This document shows, piece after piece, positions 28,840 to 38,204 of a stretch of 64,000 nucleotides of DNA (its first letter is position 1; the number at the start of each line of letters is the position of its first letter). The notes under the pieces are model-generated. The model searched no databases and was not told the origin of the DNA. It saw only the letters and a program-made list of their open reading frames with translations. The stretch lies in contig OZ250150.1 of assembly GCA_965237675.1 (NCBI GenBank), forward strand, positions 5,540,659-5,604,658, read 5' to 3'. This DNA is from Candidatus Latescibacterota bacterium (GTDB taxonomy: Bacteria > Latescibacterota > UBA2968 > GCA-2709665). Both the position numbers and the translations under genes were made by a program.

Positions 28840-29445
28840 CTATAGCTGGAAAAATCGACACTCTCCGCGATCGCATAACGCGGTAATCGTGTTCGAACTG
28901 GCATATCGTCCCCGGATTCCGTCGATCGAGAGCTCCATAACCAGTCTGTATTCTCCCGAGGTGGCAGGGGTGTAACCGCACATTCTTCGGACTCTTCTCG
29001 TGCCGGGGACATCGGTCCAGGGACGCGCCGAGCTGTCTCTCCTCTGCCAGTGGGAAAAGTGAATCTTGTAAGTGACGCCATTTACGGTTACCTCCGACCA
29101 ACCCAGGCACCTGAAGGGAATGAAGGAGACGGGCCGCCACACGATCCGGCCGGGGGAGACGCTGATCCATTCCAGCGGTTCATAGGGTCCCGTCATTGGG
29201 GGACCTGGCGCCTCGACATACACCCGGAAACGCTGGGTGGCGCTCAATCCACCCGGGTCCGTGGCTGTTATCGTCACCTCGGCACTGCCCGATGATACGG
29301 GGTTGATTGTCACCGTCGAACCGACTGTCGTGACCGCCGCTATCGATGAGTCACTGCACACCGCTGCGAACGTCAACTCGTCTCCATCTCCGTCCCGGAA
29401 GTACGGGGATACGTCCAACACAGCGTCACCATCCCCCTGGATCAT
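28840..29445 (-). CDS. Ig/cadherin-like domain protein, probably N-terminally truncated
   Basis: YFRDGDGDELTF...VTITATDPGGLSATQRFRV is typical of Ig-like stalk domains. No in-frame signal peptide; a possible one lies out of frame at ~29520-29570. Confidence 0.55.
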   Translation of the reverse strand: MIQGDGDAVLDVSPYFRDGDGDELTFAAVCSDSSIAAVTTVGSTVTINPVSSGSAEVTITATDPGGLSATQRFRVYVEAPGPPMTGPYEPLEWISVSPGRIVWRPVSFIPFRCLGWSEVTVNGVTYKIHFSHWQRRDSSARPWTDVPGTRRVRRMCGYTPATSGEYRLVMELSIDGIRGRYASSNTITALCDRGECRFFQL

Positions 29446-29711
29446 GTCCTGGTCGGCGATGATGGCTAAGGGCTGACCGAATGGCCTGAGCCTGATATCC
29501 GGGTGCTCGGTCGGGTTTGCAGGGATACAGGGAAGACACTGCCGATGAGACCATCAAGCGATGGTATTTTAATCGATCGAGTGTGCGGTGAGAAACAAGG
29601 ATTTCGCCAGAGATGCAATAGCCTCGAAGGAATATCGGACTCTCTGCGGATAAGAGGGTGAAGATCTAGGTTTTCTTGTAGAGCGGCGTCTTCATTTATC
29701 GTCTGCCCGAC

Positions 29712-30240
29712 TCAGAAACCAGACGTTTGATACGCGAAGTCTCTCACACGTTTATCTTCATCAAATTTAATTATCACAGTCAGAGTTCTCTGAGATGTAG
29801 AACTGTTGGGAGTCGATCTGTCTGATTTTTCTGACTCTACCCTTTCTGTCAAAGGTCTTTGTTTGGAAGGTGGCGCGGACGCGGCAAGTTTCACCGTACT
29901 GGGACACATTGAACGTCGCCTCGAAGAGCGTATTTCGTGACATTTCATCCGCAGCTACCAATGGGTTAAGCAACTCTTCGAGTTTCAAGCCCTCCACGTA
30001 TTCTTTTGTAGCACTAATAAACCCCAGTTCCAGGTTCGCCTGTTTCGTATAGTACCCATCGTCCTGCAAGACATTCATTAAGGCCCTAATGACCGCCTTG
30101 ACGTCCGAGGTGTCGAAACTGCGAGTCTGGAACGCGTGCATTTGAAACTGGGGCGTGGCTCGGGTCGTTGTGCAGCCAGCAAAGACGACGGGAGCTGCGA
30201 TGACGGCCAGCATCAGTGGTATTCCGGAATTACGCTACAC
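29712..30240 (-). pseudogene. Degraded lipoprotein gene, apparently fused out of frame to the 3' end of a second gene
   Basis: AAGGAAGG RBS then GTG TAG (30240-30235) in frame with the lipobox FAGC. After ...IDSQQFY another frame gives SSTSQRTLTVIIKFDEDKRVRDFAYQTSGF*, a BamE/SmpA-like C-terminus. Confidence 0.55.
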
Positions 30241-30430
30241 GATGCCTTCCTTGAAGACTGGTGTTTGTAGCAATACTCATTGATCTGTTAACTACAATCT
30301 TCAATCATCTTGACGACATGCCACCCGTACAATTGAGATACCTAACACAGGAAACTTGAGAAGTGGTGGCTCATGTCAATGGATCTCTTGCGCATATTTC
30401 GATGGCCCTGGTAGGACTTCAGCAGCCCAC

Positions 30431-33337
30431 CTATCCCGACGTACCGAAGGCGTCCACAAACTCGAAGAAATCGGCGAAATTCACGATGCCGTCGCCGTCG
30501 AGGTCAAATTTGGCGTCCGTGCTGCCGAAGGCGTCCACGAAGTCGAAAAAGTCGGCGAAATTCACGATGCCGTCGCCGTTAAAATCTGCAGTCTTCTGTC
30601 CCTGCGGCCCCGGCGTTTCGCTGCTCCCGTTACCCGCCACGAGGGCCAGGCCGAAGGGATTGTCCAGTCCATCGGCGCGGGTGACAAGGTCTTCGACATT
30701 GGAGCCGTCCAGGTTCGCGCGCTGAATCTTGTCCGTATCGAGGTCAGTCCAATACATCTTGCCAGCGGCCAGATCCAGGTCCACTTCGATGGGTTTATCC
30801 AGACCGCGGGTGATAACGTCTTCGATATTGGAGCCGTCCAGGTTCGCGCGCCGGATCTCGCCTGTTTCGCGATCCGTCCAGTACATCTTGCCGCTCGCCG
30901 CGTCCAGGGCCAACCCGCTGGGACTGCCCAAACCGCTGGTGACAAGGTCTTCCACGTTGGAGCCATCCAGGTCCGCACGCTGAATCTTGTCAGCGGACGA
31001 GTCCGTCCAGTACATCTTGCCGCCGGACACATCCAACACAAGACCGGCGGGACTGTTCAAACCCCCGGCCACCACCAGGTCTTCGACATTTGAGCCGTCC
31101 AAATCCGCACGTTGAATCCTGTCCGTGCCCCAGTCCGTCCAGTACATCTTGCGGCCGGACGGGTCCAGCGCCAGCCAGACCACCGTGTGCAAACCGCTGG
31201 TGACAAGGTCTTCCACGTTGGAGCCGTCCAGATCGGCACGCTGGATCTTCTTCGTACCCATGTCCGTCCAATACATTTTGCCGGCTGACACGTCCAGCGC
31301 CAGCCCGACCGGCGTGTCTAGACCGCTCGTGACCAGATCTTCCACGTTGGAGCCGTCCAGGTCCGCACGCTGGATCTTGTGCGTGCCGTAGTCCGTCCAA
31401 TACAGATTCGTATCCCCGGCAGCCGGGGTCTCTGCCGTCACCGTTACGGTCACGGCAGACGAGCAGTTGTTGCGGATATCGGATTCTTCGCTGACGCTCT
31501 CCACACAGGCTCCGTAGTAGTAGACGCCCGAGCCTGACGGGGCGGCCAGGGCGATGGAGTGGCTGCCGCTTCCGGAAGCCGAGAGGGCGCCCACAGCTCG
31601 GGACCCGGCCTCGGTATCACTCGTGGAGATCGTCGCGTCCGGCGAGCGGAAATAGCGCAGGGTCGTCGCGGCCGACTGGGCCCTGCCCTGGTTGCGGACG
31701 GTGACGCTAAGCGTGAATGAAGCCCCGGCAGCCGGGCTGCCATCGCTGACCGATGGAGACTGAACCACAAGATCCGGTGTTGCCGAGTCCCCGGGTGCGC
31801 CGACTCCGGTCAGGTTGGCCGGCATGATGTAGGCGTACAGCTTGTCGTCCGAGTAGTCCGCCACCCACATGGTCGTCCCGTCCGACCAGATCCCGTGCGG
31901 AGACGTGTTGCCAGCGGACTCCAATGTCTCGAAGTCTTTGCCGGGATCCCGAGCCCCGGTGGCCATGGCGTAAGCATAGATCTTGTCGTCCGAAATGTCC
32001 GCTACCCACATAGTCGTCCCGTCCGACCAGATGCCCGTCGGATACGTGTTGCTAGCGGACCCCAGGGTGTTGAAATCTTTGCCGGGATCCGGAGCCCCGG
32101 AGGCTATGGCGTAGGCGTAGATCTTCTCGTCCGAATTGTCCGACACCCACATAGTCGTTCCGTCCGACCAGATGCCCGTCGGAGACGTGTTGCCGGCGGA
32201 CCCCAGGGTGTTGAAATCTTTGCCGGGATCCGGAGCCCCGGAGGCTATGGCGTAGGCGTAGATCTTCTCGTCCGAATTGTCCGACACCCACATAGTCGTC
32301 CCGTCCGACCAGATGCCCGTCGGAGACGTGTTGCCAGCGTACTCCAGGGTGTTGAAATCTTCGCCGGCGTCCCGGGCTTTCGAAGCCATGTCGTATGCAT
32401 AGATCTTCTCGTCCGAATTGTCCGACACCCACATGGTCGTCCCGTCCGACCAGATGGCCCACGGATGCGTGTTGCCAGCGTACTCCAGGGTGTTGAAATC
32501 TTTGCCGGGGATGCGCGCCGTCCCCTCGTCCGGTATGGCAGACGGCATGTTGTAGGCATAGATCTTGTCGTCCGAGTAGTCCGCCACCCACATGGTCGTC
32601 CCGTCCGACCAGATCCCGTGCGGAGACGTGTTGCCAGCGGACTCCAATGTCTCGAAGTCTTTGCCGGGATCCCGAGCCCCGGTGGCCATGGCGTAAGCAT
32701 AGATCTTGTCGTCCGAAATGTCCGCTACCCACATAGTCGTCCCGTCCGACCAGATGCCCCCCGGATACGTGTTGCTAGCGGACCTCAGGGTGTTGAAATC
32801 TTTGCCGGGATCCCGAGCCCCGGTGGCCATGGCGTAAGCATAGATCTTGTCGTCCGAACCGTCCGCTACCCACATAGTCGTCCCGTCCGACCAGATGCCC
32901 ACCGGATACGTGTTGCCAGCGTACTCCAATGTCTCGAAGTCTTTGCCGAGATCCCGAGCCCCGGTGGCCACGTCGTATGCATAGATCTTATCGTCCGAAG
33001 TGTCCGCCACCCACATAGTCGTCCCGTCCGACCAGATGCCCGTCGGAGACGTGTTGCCAGCGTACTCCAGGGTGTTGAAATCTTCGCCGGCGTCCCGGGC
33101 TTTCGAAGCCACGTCGTATGCATAGATCTTATCGTCCGAAGTGTCCGCCACCCACATAGTCGTCCCGTCCGACCAGATGCCCCCCGGATCCCTGTTGCCA
33201 GCGGACCTCAGGGTGTTGAAATCTCTGCCGGGGGCGTGGACGGGGGTGTAGATTTGACCGTAGCTGACGCCCTGAGGGCCAAGGGCGAACAAAACGGAAA
33301 TCAACACGAGGCGTTGCCAGTTCGCATTCGTCTTCAC
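30431..33337 (-). CDS. Secreted protein: 2 blocks of five GIWSDG repeats + CARDB-like + 6 YWTD + class A' dockerin-like
   Basis: GTG start after AGGAG; signal peptide; ends ADFNGDGIVNFADFFDFVDAFGSTDAKFDLDGDGIVNFADFFEFVDAFGTSG. Confidence 0.9.
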   Translation of the reverse strand: MKTNANWQRLVLISVLFALGPQGVSYGQIYTPVHAPGRDFNTLRSAGNRDPGGIWSDGTTMWVADTSDDKIYAYDVASKARDAGEDFNTLEYAGNTSPTGIWSDGTTMWVADTSDDKIYAYDVATGARDLGKDFETLEYAGNTYPVGIWSDGTTMWVADGSDDKIYAYAMATGARDPGKDFNTLRSASNTYPGGIWSDGTTMWVADISDDKIYAYAMATGARDPGKDFETLESAGNTSPHGIWSDGTTMWVADYSDDKIYAYNMPSAIPDEGTARIPGKDFNTLEYAGNTHPWAIWSDGTTMWVSDNSDEKIYAYDMASKARDAGEDFNTLEYAGNTSPTGIWSDGTTMWVSDNSDEKIYAYAIASGAPDPGKDFNTLGSAGNTSPTGIWSDGTTMWVSDNSDEKIYAYAIASGAPDPGKDFNTLGSASNTYPTGIWSDGTTMWVADISDDKIYAYAMATGARDPGKDFETLESAGNTSPHGIWSDGTTMWVADYSDDKLYAYIMPANLTGVGAPGDSATPDLVVQSPSVSDGSPAAGASFTLSVTVRNQGRAQSAATTLRYFRSPDATISTSDTEAGSRAVGALSASGSGSHSIALAAPSGSGVYYYGACVESVSEESDIRNNCSSAVTVTVTAETPAAGDTNLYWTDYGTHKIQRADLDGSNVEDLVTSGLDTPVGLALDVSAGKMYWTDMGTKKIQRADLDGSNVEDLVTSGLHTVVWLALDPSGRKMYWTDWGTDRIQRADLDGSNVEDLVVAGGLNSPAGLVLDVSGGKMYWTDSSADKIQRADLDGSNVEDLVTSGLGSPSGLALDAASGKMYWTDRETGEIRRANLDGSNIEDVITRGLDKPIEVDLDLAAGKMYWTDLDTDKIQRANLDGSNVEDLVTRADGLDNPFGLALVAGNGSSETPGPQGQKTADFNGDGIVNFADFFDFVDAFGSTDAKFDLDGDGIVNFADFFEFVDAFGTSG
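31830..33230. repeat. Array of near-identical 141-bp coding repeats arranged as two blocks ~723 bp apart
   Basis: cccacatagtcgtcccgtccgaccagatg-type sequence recurs every 141 bp; the stretch at 31861 recurs at 32584. Confidence 0.88.
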
Positions 33338-33406
33338 GGTGGGAGTCCTCCTAGTGGGTCATAACTCCATGCTGCATTTTAACCTGGTAATGGTCACGAG
33401 ACCTGA

Positions 33407-36400
33407 CTATCCCGACGTGCCGAAGGCGTCAACAAACTCGAAGAAGTCGGCGAAGTCCACCGTGCCGCTGCCGTCGAGGTCGAATTTGGCGTCGGTGCTG
33501 CCGAAGGCATCCACGAAATCGAAGAAGTCGGCGAAGTTCACGATGCCGTCATCGTTGAAGTCGGCTGTGACCTGTCCTTGCGACCCGGTACAGTCCGGCA
33601 GATTGAGCTTGTCCAGGTCATTACCGAGGATGTCCCGCAATTCAGGGGGGATGCACCCTGTCAGGGTGTTGCCGGCGAGGTACAATAACGTCAACCGGGT
33701 CAGACTGCTGAACGTGGAGGGAATGGATCCCGTCAGCTTGTTATCGTCCAGGCGCACTTCCTGCAGCAGACTCAGGTTACCCAGTTCCGCCGGAATCGGG
33801 CCGGTCAACTGATTACCGAAGATGAGCAACTGCCACAATTCAGACAGGCGACCCAGTTCGGCCGGTATGGGCCCGGTCAGCCGGTTGCCCTGCAGGTTCA
33901 ATATCTTCAACCGCGGCAAATCACCCAGCCACGTGGGGATCGTTCCGGTCAACTGGTTGTGCTGGAGGGCAAACTGCCTCAGGTCGGTCAGGTTCCGCAG
34001 TTCCGCGGGGATTTGCCCGGTCAACCGGTTATTCATCAGGCCCAGGTGCGTCAGGCCGGTCATCGTACCCAGTTCCGCCGGTATGGTCCCTGTCAACTGG
34101 TTGTACGCGAGGTATAGCGCTTTCAGGCCGGTCAGGCGGCTCAACACAGCCGGTATCGTTCCGTTCAAGCTCTCGTTCCAAAGTCTCAAATTCGTTACGC
34201 GCTGCGGCGTCCCGCTAAGCGTGACACCGTCCCAGGTGGAGATTAGGGTGGTTTCGGACCAGTTCAGCGTCGCCGTCCCGGCCAGGGGGTCCCGCGCTTC
34301 CAGCAGCGCGTTGCAGTCGGATACCAGCCACGGGTTGGCAGCCGGGTTCGGCACCGCGCCCCCGGTTGCGCACCGGCCCTGCGGCGCCGGAGGCGTGGGG
34401 GCGGTGGGGGTCGCGAGGGCCAGGCCGAAGGGATTGTCCAGGCCGTCGGCTCTGGTCACAAGGTCTTCGACGCTGGATCCGTCCAGGTTCGCACGCTGGA
34501 TCTTGTCGGTGTCGAGGTCGGTCCAGTACATTTTGCCTGCGGCCAGATCCAGGTCCACTTCGATCGGTTTATCCAAACCCCGCGTGACGAGGTCTTCGAT
34601 ATTGGAACCGTCCATGTCTGCGCGCCGGATCTCGCCGGTTTCGCGATCCGTCCAGTACATCTTGCCGCTGGCGATGTCCAGCGCTAATCCGCTGGGACTC
34701 CCGAAACCGCTTGTAATCAGGTCCTCGACGTTGGAGCCATCCAGGTCCGCACGCTGAATCTTGTCCGCGGACGAGTCCGTCCAATACATCTTGCCGCCGG
34801 ACACGTCGAGCACCAGGCCCGCAGGACTGTTCAGACCCCCGGCGACCACCAGGTTCTCCACATTGGAACCGTCCAGGTCCGCACGCTGAATCCTGTCTGT
34901 ACCCCAGTCCGTCCAGTACATCTTGCCGCCGGACGCGTCCAGCGCCAGCCAGACCGGCGTGTGCAAACCGCTGGTGACCAGGTCTTCCACGTTGGAACCG
35001 TCCAGATCGGCTCGCTGAATCTTCTTCGTACTCATGTCCGACCAGTACATTTTCCCTGCGGACACGTCCACCGCCAGCCCGACCGGGGTATCTAGACCGC
35101 GGGTGACCACGTCTTCAACGTTGGAACCGTCCAGATCGGCCCGTTGGATCTTGTGCGTGCCCCAGTCCGTCCAATACAGCTCCGGCATGGCCTGCGGTTC
35201 GCCCACGTCGGTCAGGTTGATCCTCACGCCAATGGTAACGCTGCCGCCCTGGCCGTCGGACACCCGCACCGTAACCTCGTAACGGTTCTTCACCTCGTAG
35301 TCGTATACGACGCCCGAATTGGTCTGTAGCTGACCGCTGGTTGAGACGAGGTTGAAACTCGCCGCATCGGTCCCTTCCAGGCTGTAGGACAGAGTGCCGC
35401 CGTCGCTATCCGCCGCGCTCACCGGGTTGCCGATGTTCTGGCCGGCACCCGTATTCTCGGCGAAGCTGCGCGTGGCGCTTGCGCCCTCGCTGAACGTCGG
35501 TACCTGGTTCGTTCCGCCGCTGGTCCCCGCGGTCACGGGTAGAGTCGCGGTAAGGGGGTCGCCGTTGTAGTTCGCTATGGCACCCGCGCCCACCGTGAAC
35601 GTCAGCGTACCGTCGCTGTCGATGTCGCCGCTGAACGTGAGCTCAACCGTCGTCACCGTGTCACTCACGCGGTTTATCCCGAATCTGGCCACGTTGACGC
35701 CTGCAATCCCCGATGCCGACACGGCATCCCGAATGTCCAGGGCGGACCGTGTGTAGGATGCGCCCGAGAGTGTGAGTGTCACCACACTGCCGTTCAGCGT
35801 CGCTTCCGTCAGCGGTGACACTGTCGATGCCGTCACCGATTCCATCCCCGCGCTCACCGGCAACTGCGCCGTCAGCGCGCCGCCGCTGTAGTTTGCTATG
35901 GCACCCGCGCCCACCGTGAACGTCAGCGTACCGTCACTGTCGATGTCGCCGCTGAACGTGAGCTCAACCGTCACCTTTGTGTCGCTCACGCGCTGCACGC
36001 CGAAAGTGCCCACGCTCACGCCCGTTATGCCCGATACCGTCACGCCACGCCGAACGTCGAAAATCGAACTCGCGTATGCACCGCCCGTCAGTGTCAGTGT
36101 TACCACACTGCCATTCAACGTCGCTTCGGTCAGCGGAGACACTGTCGATGCCGTCACTGATTCCATCCCCGCGCTCACCGGCAGTTGATCCGTGAGCGCG
36201 CCGCCGCCGTAGTTCGCGATCGCCCCGGCGCCCACCGTAAACGTCAGCGTGCCGTCCGCGTCGATGTCGCCGTTGAACGTGAGCGCTAATGTCACCTTTG
36301 TGTCGCTCACACGCTGCACGCCAAATGTGCCCACGCTTACACCGGTGATTCCCGAGACGGTCACACCACGCCGAACGTCGAAGATGGATCTTGCATACCT

Positions 36401-38191
36401 ACCGCCCGTCAACGTTAATGTTACCACGCCCCCGTTAAGTGTCGCCTCGGTCAACGGAGACACTGTCGATGCCGTCACGGATTCCATCCCCGCGCTCACC
36501 GGCAGTTGATCCGTGAGCGCGGGGCCGTTGTAATTCGCGATCGCACCGGCGCCCACCGTGAACGGCAGCGTTCCGTCCGCGTCGATGTCGCCGTTGAAGG
36601 TCAGTTCAACCGTGACCACCGTGTCGCTCACACGCTCGATACCGAACGTGCCCACGCTCACGCCCACAATACCCGATACCGACACACCACGTCGAACGTC
36701 GAAGATGGAACTCGCGTACCTACCGCCCGTCAACGTCAGCGTCACCACGCTGCCATTCAGCGTCGCTTCCGTCAACGGTGACAATGTCGATGCCGTCACT
36801 GATTCCATCCCCGCGGTGACCGGCAGTTGATCCGTGAGCGCGGGGCCGTTGTAATTCGCGATCGCCCCGGCGCCCACCGTGAACGTCAGCGTACCGTCAC
36901 TGTCGATGTCGCCGTTGAACGTCAGTTCAACCGTCACCTTCGTGTCGCTCACGCGCGTTACGCCGAACGTTCCCACGCTCACGCCAGCAATCCCCGATAC
37001 CGTCACACCTCGCCGAACGTCGAAGATGGAACTCGCGTATCTGCCGCCCGACAGCGTCAGAGTCACAAGGCTGCCATTCAGCGTCGCTTCCGTCAACGGT
37101 GACACCGTCGTCGCCGTCACCGATTCCATCCCCGCGGTGACCGGCAGCTGATCCGTGAGCGCGGGGCCGCTGTAGTTCGCGATCGCCCCGGCGCCCACCG
37201 TGAACGTCAGCGTACCGTCACTGTCGATGTCGCCGTTGAAGCTGAGTTCAACCGTTACCTTCGTGTCACTCACGCGCTCGATACCGAACGTGCCCACGCT
37301 CACGCCTGCTATGCCCGATACCGTCACGCCTCGCCGGACGTCGAAGATGGAACTCGCGTATGCACCGCCAGTAAGCGTCAACGTCACCACACTGCCATTC
37401 AGTGTCGCCTCCGTCAACGGAGACGTTGTCGATGCCGTCACCGACTCCATCCCTGCGCTAACGGATAACTCCGCGGTGAGTGCGGCGCCGCTGTAGGACG
37501 CGATTGCGTCAGCCCCGACCGTGAACGTCAGCGTACCGTCCTCGTCGATGTCTCCGTTGAACGTGAGCTCAACCGTGACCTTCGTGTCGCTCACGCGCTC
37601 GATACCGAACGTGCCCACGCTCACGCCTGCTATGCCCGATACCGACACACCGTCACGGACGTCGAAAATGGAACCCGCGTATGCACCGCCCGCCAACGTC
37701 AACGTCACCACACTGCCATTCAGCGTCGCCTCCGTCAACGGTGACGTTGTCGATGCCGTCACCGACTCGATCCCTGCGCTAACGGATAACTCCGCGGTCA
37801 GTGCGGCGCCGTTGTAGGATGCGATCGCCCCCGCGCCCACTGTGAACGTCAACGTCTCGTCTTCGTCGAAGTCACCGTTGAAGTCGAGCTCAACCGTCAC
37901 CTTCGTATCACTTACGCGCGTTATCCCGAACGTCCCCACGCTCACGCCAGCAATGCCCGATACCGACACACCACGCCGAACGTCGAAGATGGAACTCGCG
38001 TAGGCGCCGCCCGAAAGCGTCAGCGTTACCACGCTGCCATCCAGCGACCCTTCCGTTAACGGCGACGCTGTCGAAGCCGTCACCGACGGGCTGTTTCCCT
38101 GGGCGTAACCCAAACCCGGCAGGGCAAATGCCATCAAGACGACAACCAGTGACATCAAGGCGAATTGCCGATTCGTAAATGGCCATTTCAT
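33407..38191 (-). CDS. Secreted protein: 8 x 107-aa beta-rich repeats + cadherin + 6 YWTD + plant-type LRR + class A' dockerin-like
   Basis: SVTAST.SPLTEATLNGSVVTLTL...TLTFTVGAGAIANY x8; NQVPTF...DYEVKNRYEVTVRVSDG cadherin; L.L..NQLTG.IPAELG.L LRRs. Confidence 0.9.
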   Translation of the reverse strand: MKWPFTNRQFALMSLVVVLMAFALPGLGYAQGNSPSVTASTASPLTEGSLDGSVVTLTLSGGAYASSIFDVRRGVSVSGIAGVSVGTFGITRVSDTKVTVELDFNGDFDEDETLTFTVGAGAIASYNGAALTAELSVSAGIESVTASTTSPLTEATLNGSVVTLTLAGGAYAGSIFDVRDGVSVSGIAGVSVGTFGIERVSDTKVTVELTFNGDIDEDGTLTFTVGADAIASYSGAALTAELSVSAGMESVTASTTSPLTEATLNGSVVTLTLTGGAYASSIFDVRRGVTVSGIAGVSVGTFGIERVSDTKVTVELSFNGDIDSDGTLTFTVGAGAIANYSGPALTDQLPVTAGMESVTATTVSPLTEATLNGSLVTLTLSGGRYASSIFDVRRGVTVSGIAGVSVGTFGVTRVSDTKVTVELTFNGDIDSDGTLTFTVGAGAIANYNGPALTDQLPVTAGMESVTASTLSPLTEATLNGSVVTLTLTGGRYASSIFDVRRGVSVSGIVGVSVGTFGIERVSDTVVTVELTFNGDIDADGTLPFTVGAGAIANYNGPALTDQLPVSAGMESVTASTVSPLTEATLNGGVVTLTLTGGRYARSIFDVRRGVTVSGITGVSVGTFGVQRVSDTKVTLALTFNGDIDADGTLTFTVGAGAIANYGGGALTDQLPVSAGMESVTASTVSPLTEATLNGSVVTLTLTGGAYASSIFDVRRGVTVSGITGVSVGTFGVQRVSDTKVTVELTFSGDIDSDGTLTFTVGAGAIANYSGGALTAQLPVSAGMESVTASTVSPLTEATLNGSVVTLTLSGASYTRSALDIRDAVSASGIAGVNVARFGINRVSDTVTTVELTFSGDIDSDGTLTFTVGAGAIANYNGDPLTATLPVTAGTSGGTNQVPTFSEGASATRSFAENTGAGQNIGNPVSAADSDGGTLSYSLEGTDAASFNLVSTSGQLQTNSGVVYDYEVKNRYEVTVRVSDGQGGSVTIGVRINLTDVGEPQAMPELYWTDWGTHKIQRADLDGSNVEDVVTRGLDTPVGLAVDVSAGKMYWSDMSTKKIQRADLDGSNVEDLVTSGLHTPVWLALDASGGKMYWTDWGTDRIQRADLDGSNVENLVVAGGLNSPAGLVLDVSGGKMYWTDSSADKIQRADLDGSNVEDLITSGFGSPSGLALDIASGKMYWTDRETGEIRRADMDGSNIEDLVTRGLDKPIEVDLDLAAGKMYWTDLDTDKIQRANLDGSSVEDLVTRADGLDNPFGLALATPTAPTPPAPQGRCATGGAVPNPAANPWLVSDCNALLEARDPLAGTATLNWSETTLISTWDGVTLSGTPQRVTNLRLWNESLNGTIPAVLSRLTGLKALYLAYNQLTGTIPAELGTMTGLTHLGLMNNRLTGQIPAELRNLTDLRQFALQHNQLTGTIPTWLGDLPRLKILNLQGNRLTGPIPAELGRLSELWQLLIFGNQLTGPIPAELGNLSLLQEVRLDDNKLTGSIPSTFSSLTRLTLLYLAGNTLTGCIPPELRDILGNDLDKLNLPDCTGSQGQVTADFNDDGIVNFADFFDFVDAFGSTDAKFDLDGSGTVDFADFFEFVDAFGTSG
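35530..38090. repeat. Eight tandem 321-bp coding repeats
   Basis: 107-aa periodicity; antisense shadow ORFs recur at 36558/36879/37200/37521 (321-bp steps). Confidence 0.9.
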
Positions 38192-38204
38192 AAGTCAGCT
38201 ACCC

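Noticed and set aside
5718-30237. TAG recoding or readthrough: TAG at Tyr positions (5718, 17803), a GTG-TAG start (30235), and most dockerin genes ending in TAG before CTD relics
   Set aside because: Intact genes (41742, 43630, 44504, 53769) end at TAG exactly where their domains end; the relics are also frameshifted; one dockerin gene ends in TAA. TAC>TAG is a single substitution.
31830-38090. CRISPR array or non-coding satellite in the 141-bp and 321-bp repeats
   Set aside because: Units are multiples of 3, lie within long ORFs, have no unique spacers, and no cas genes are present.
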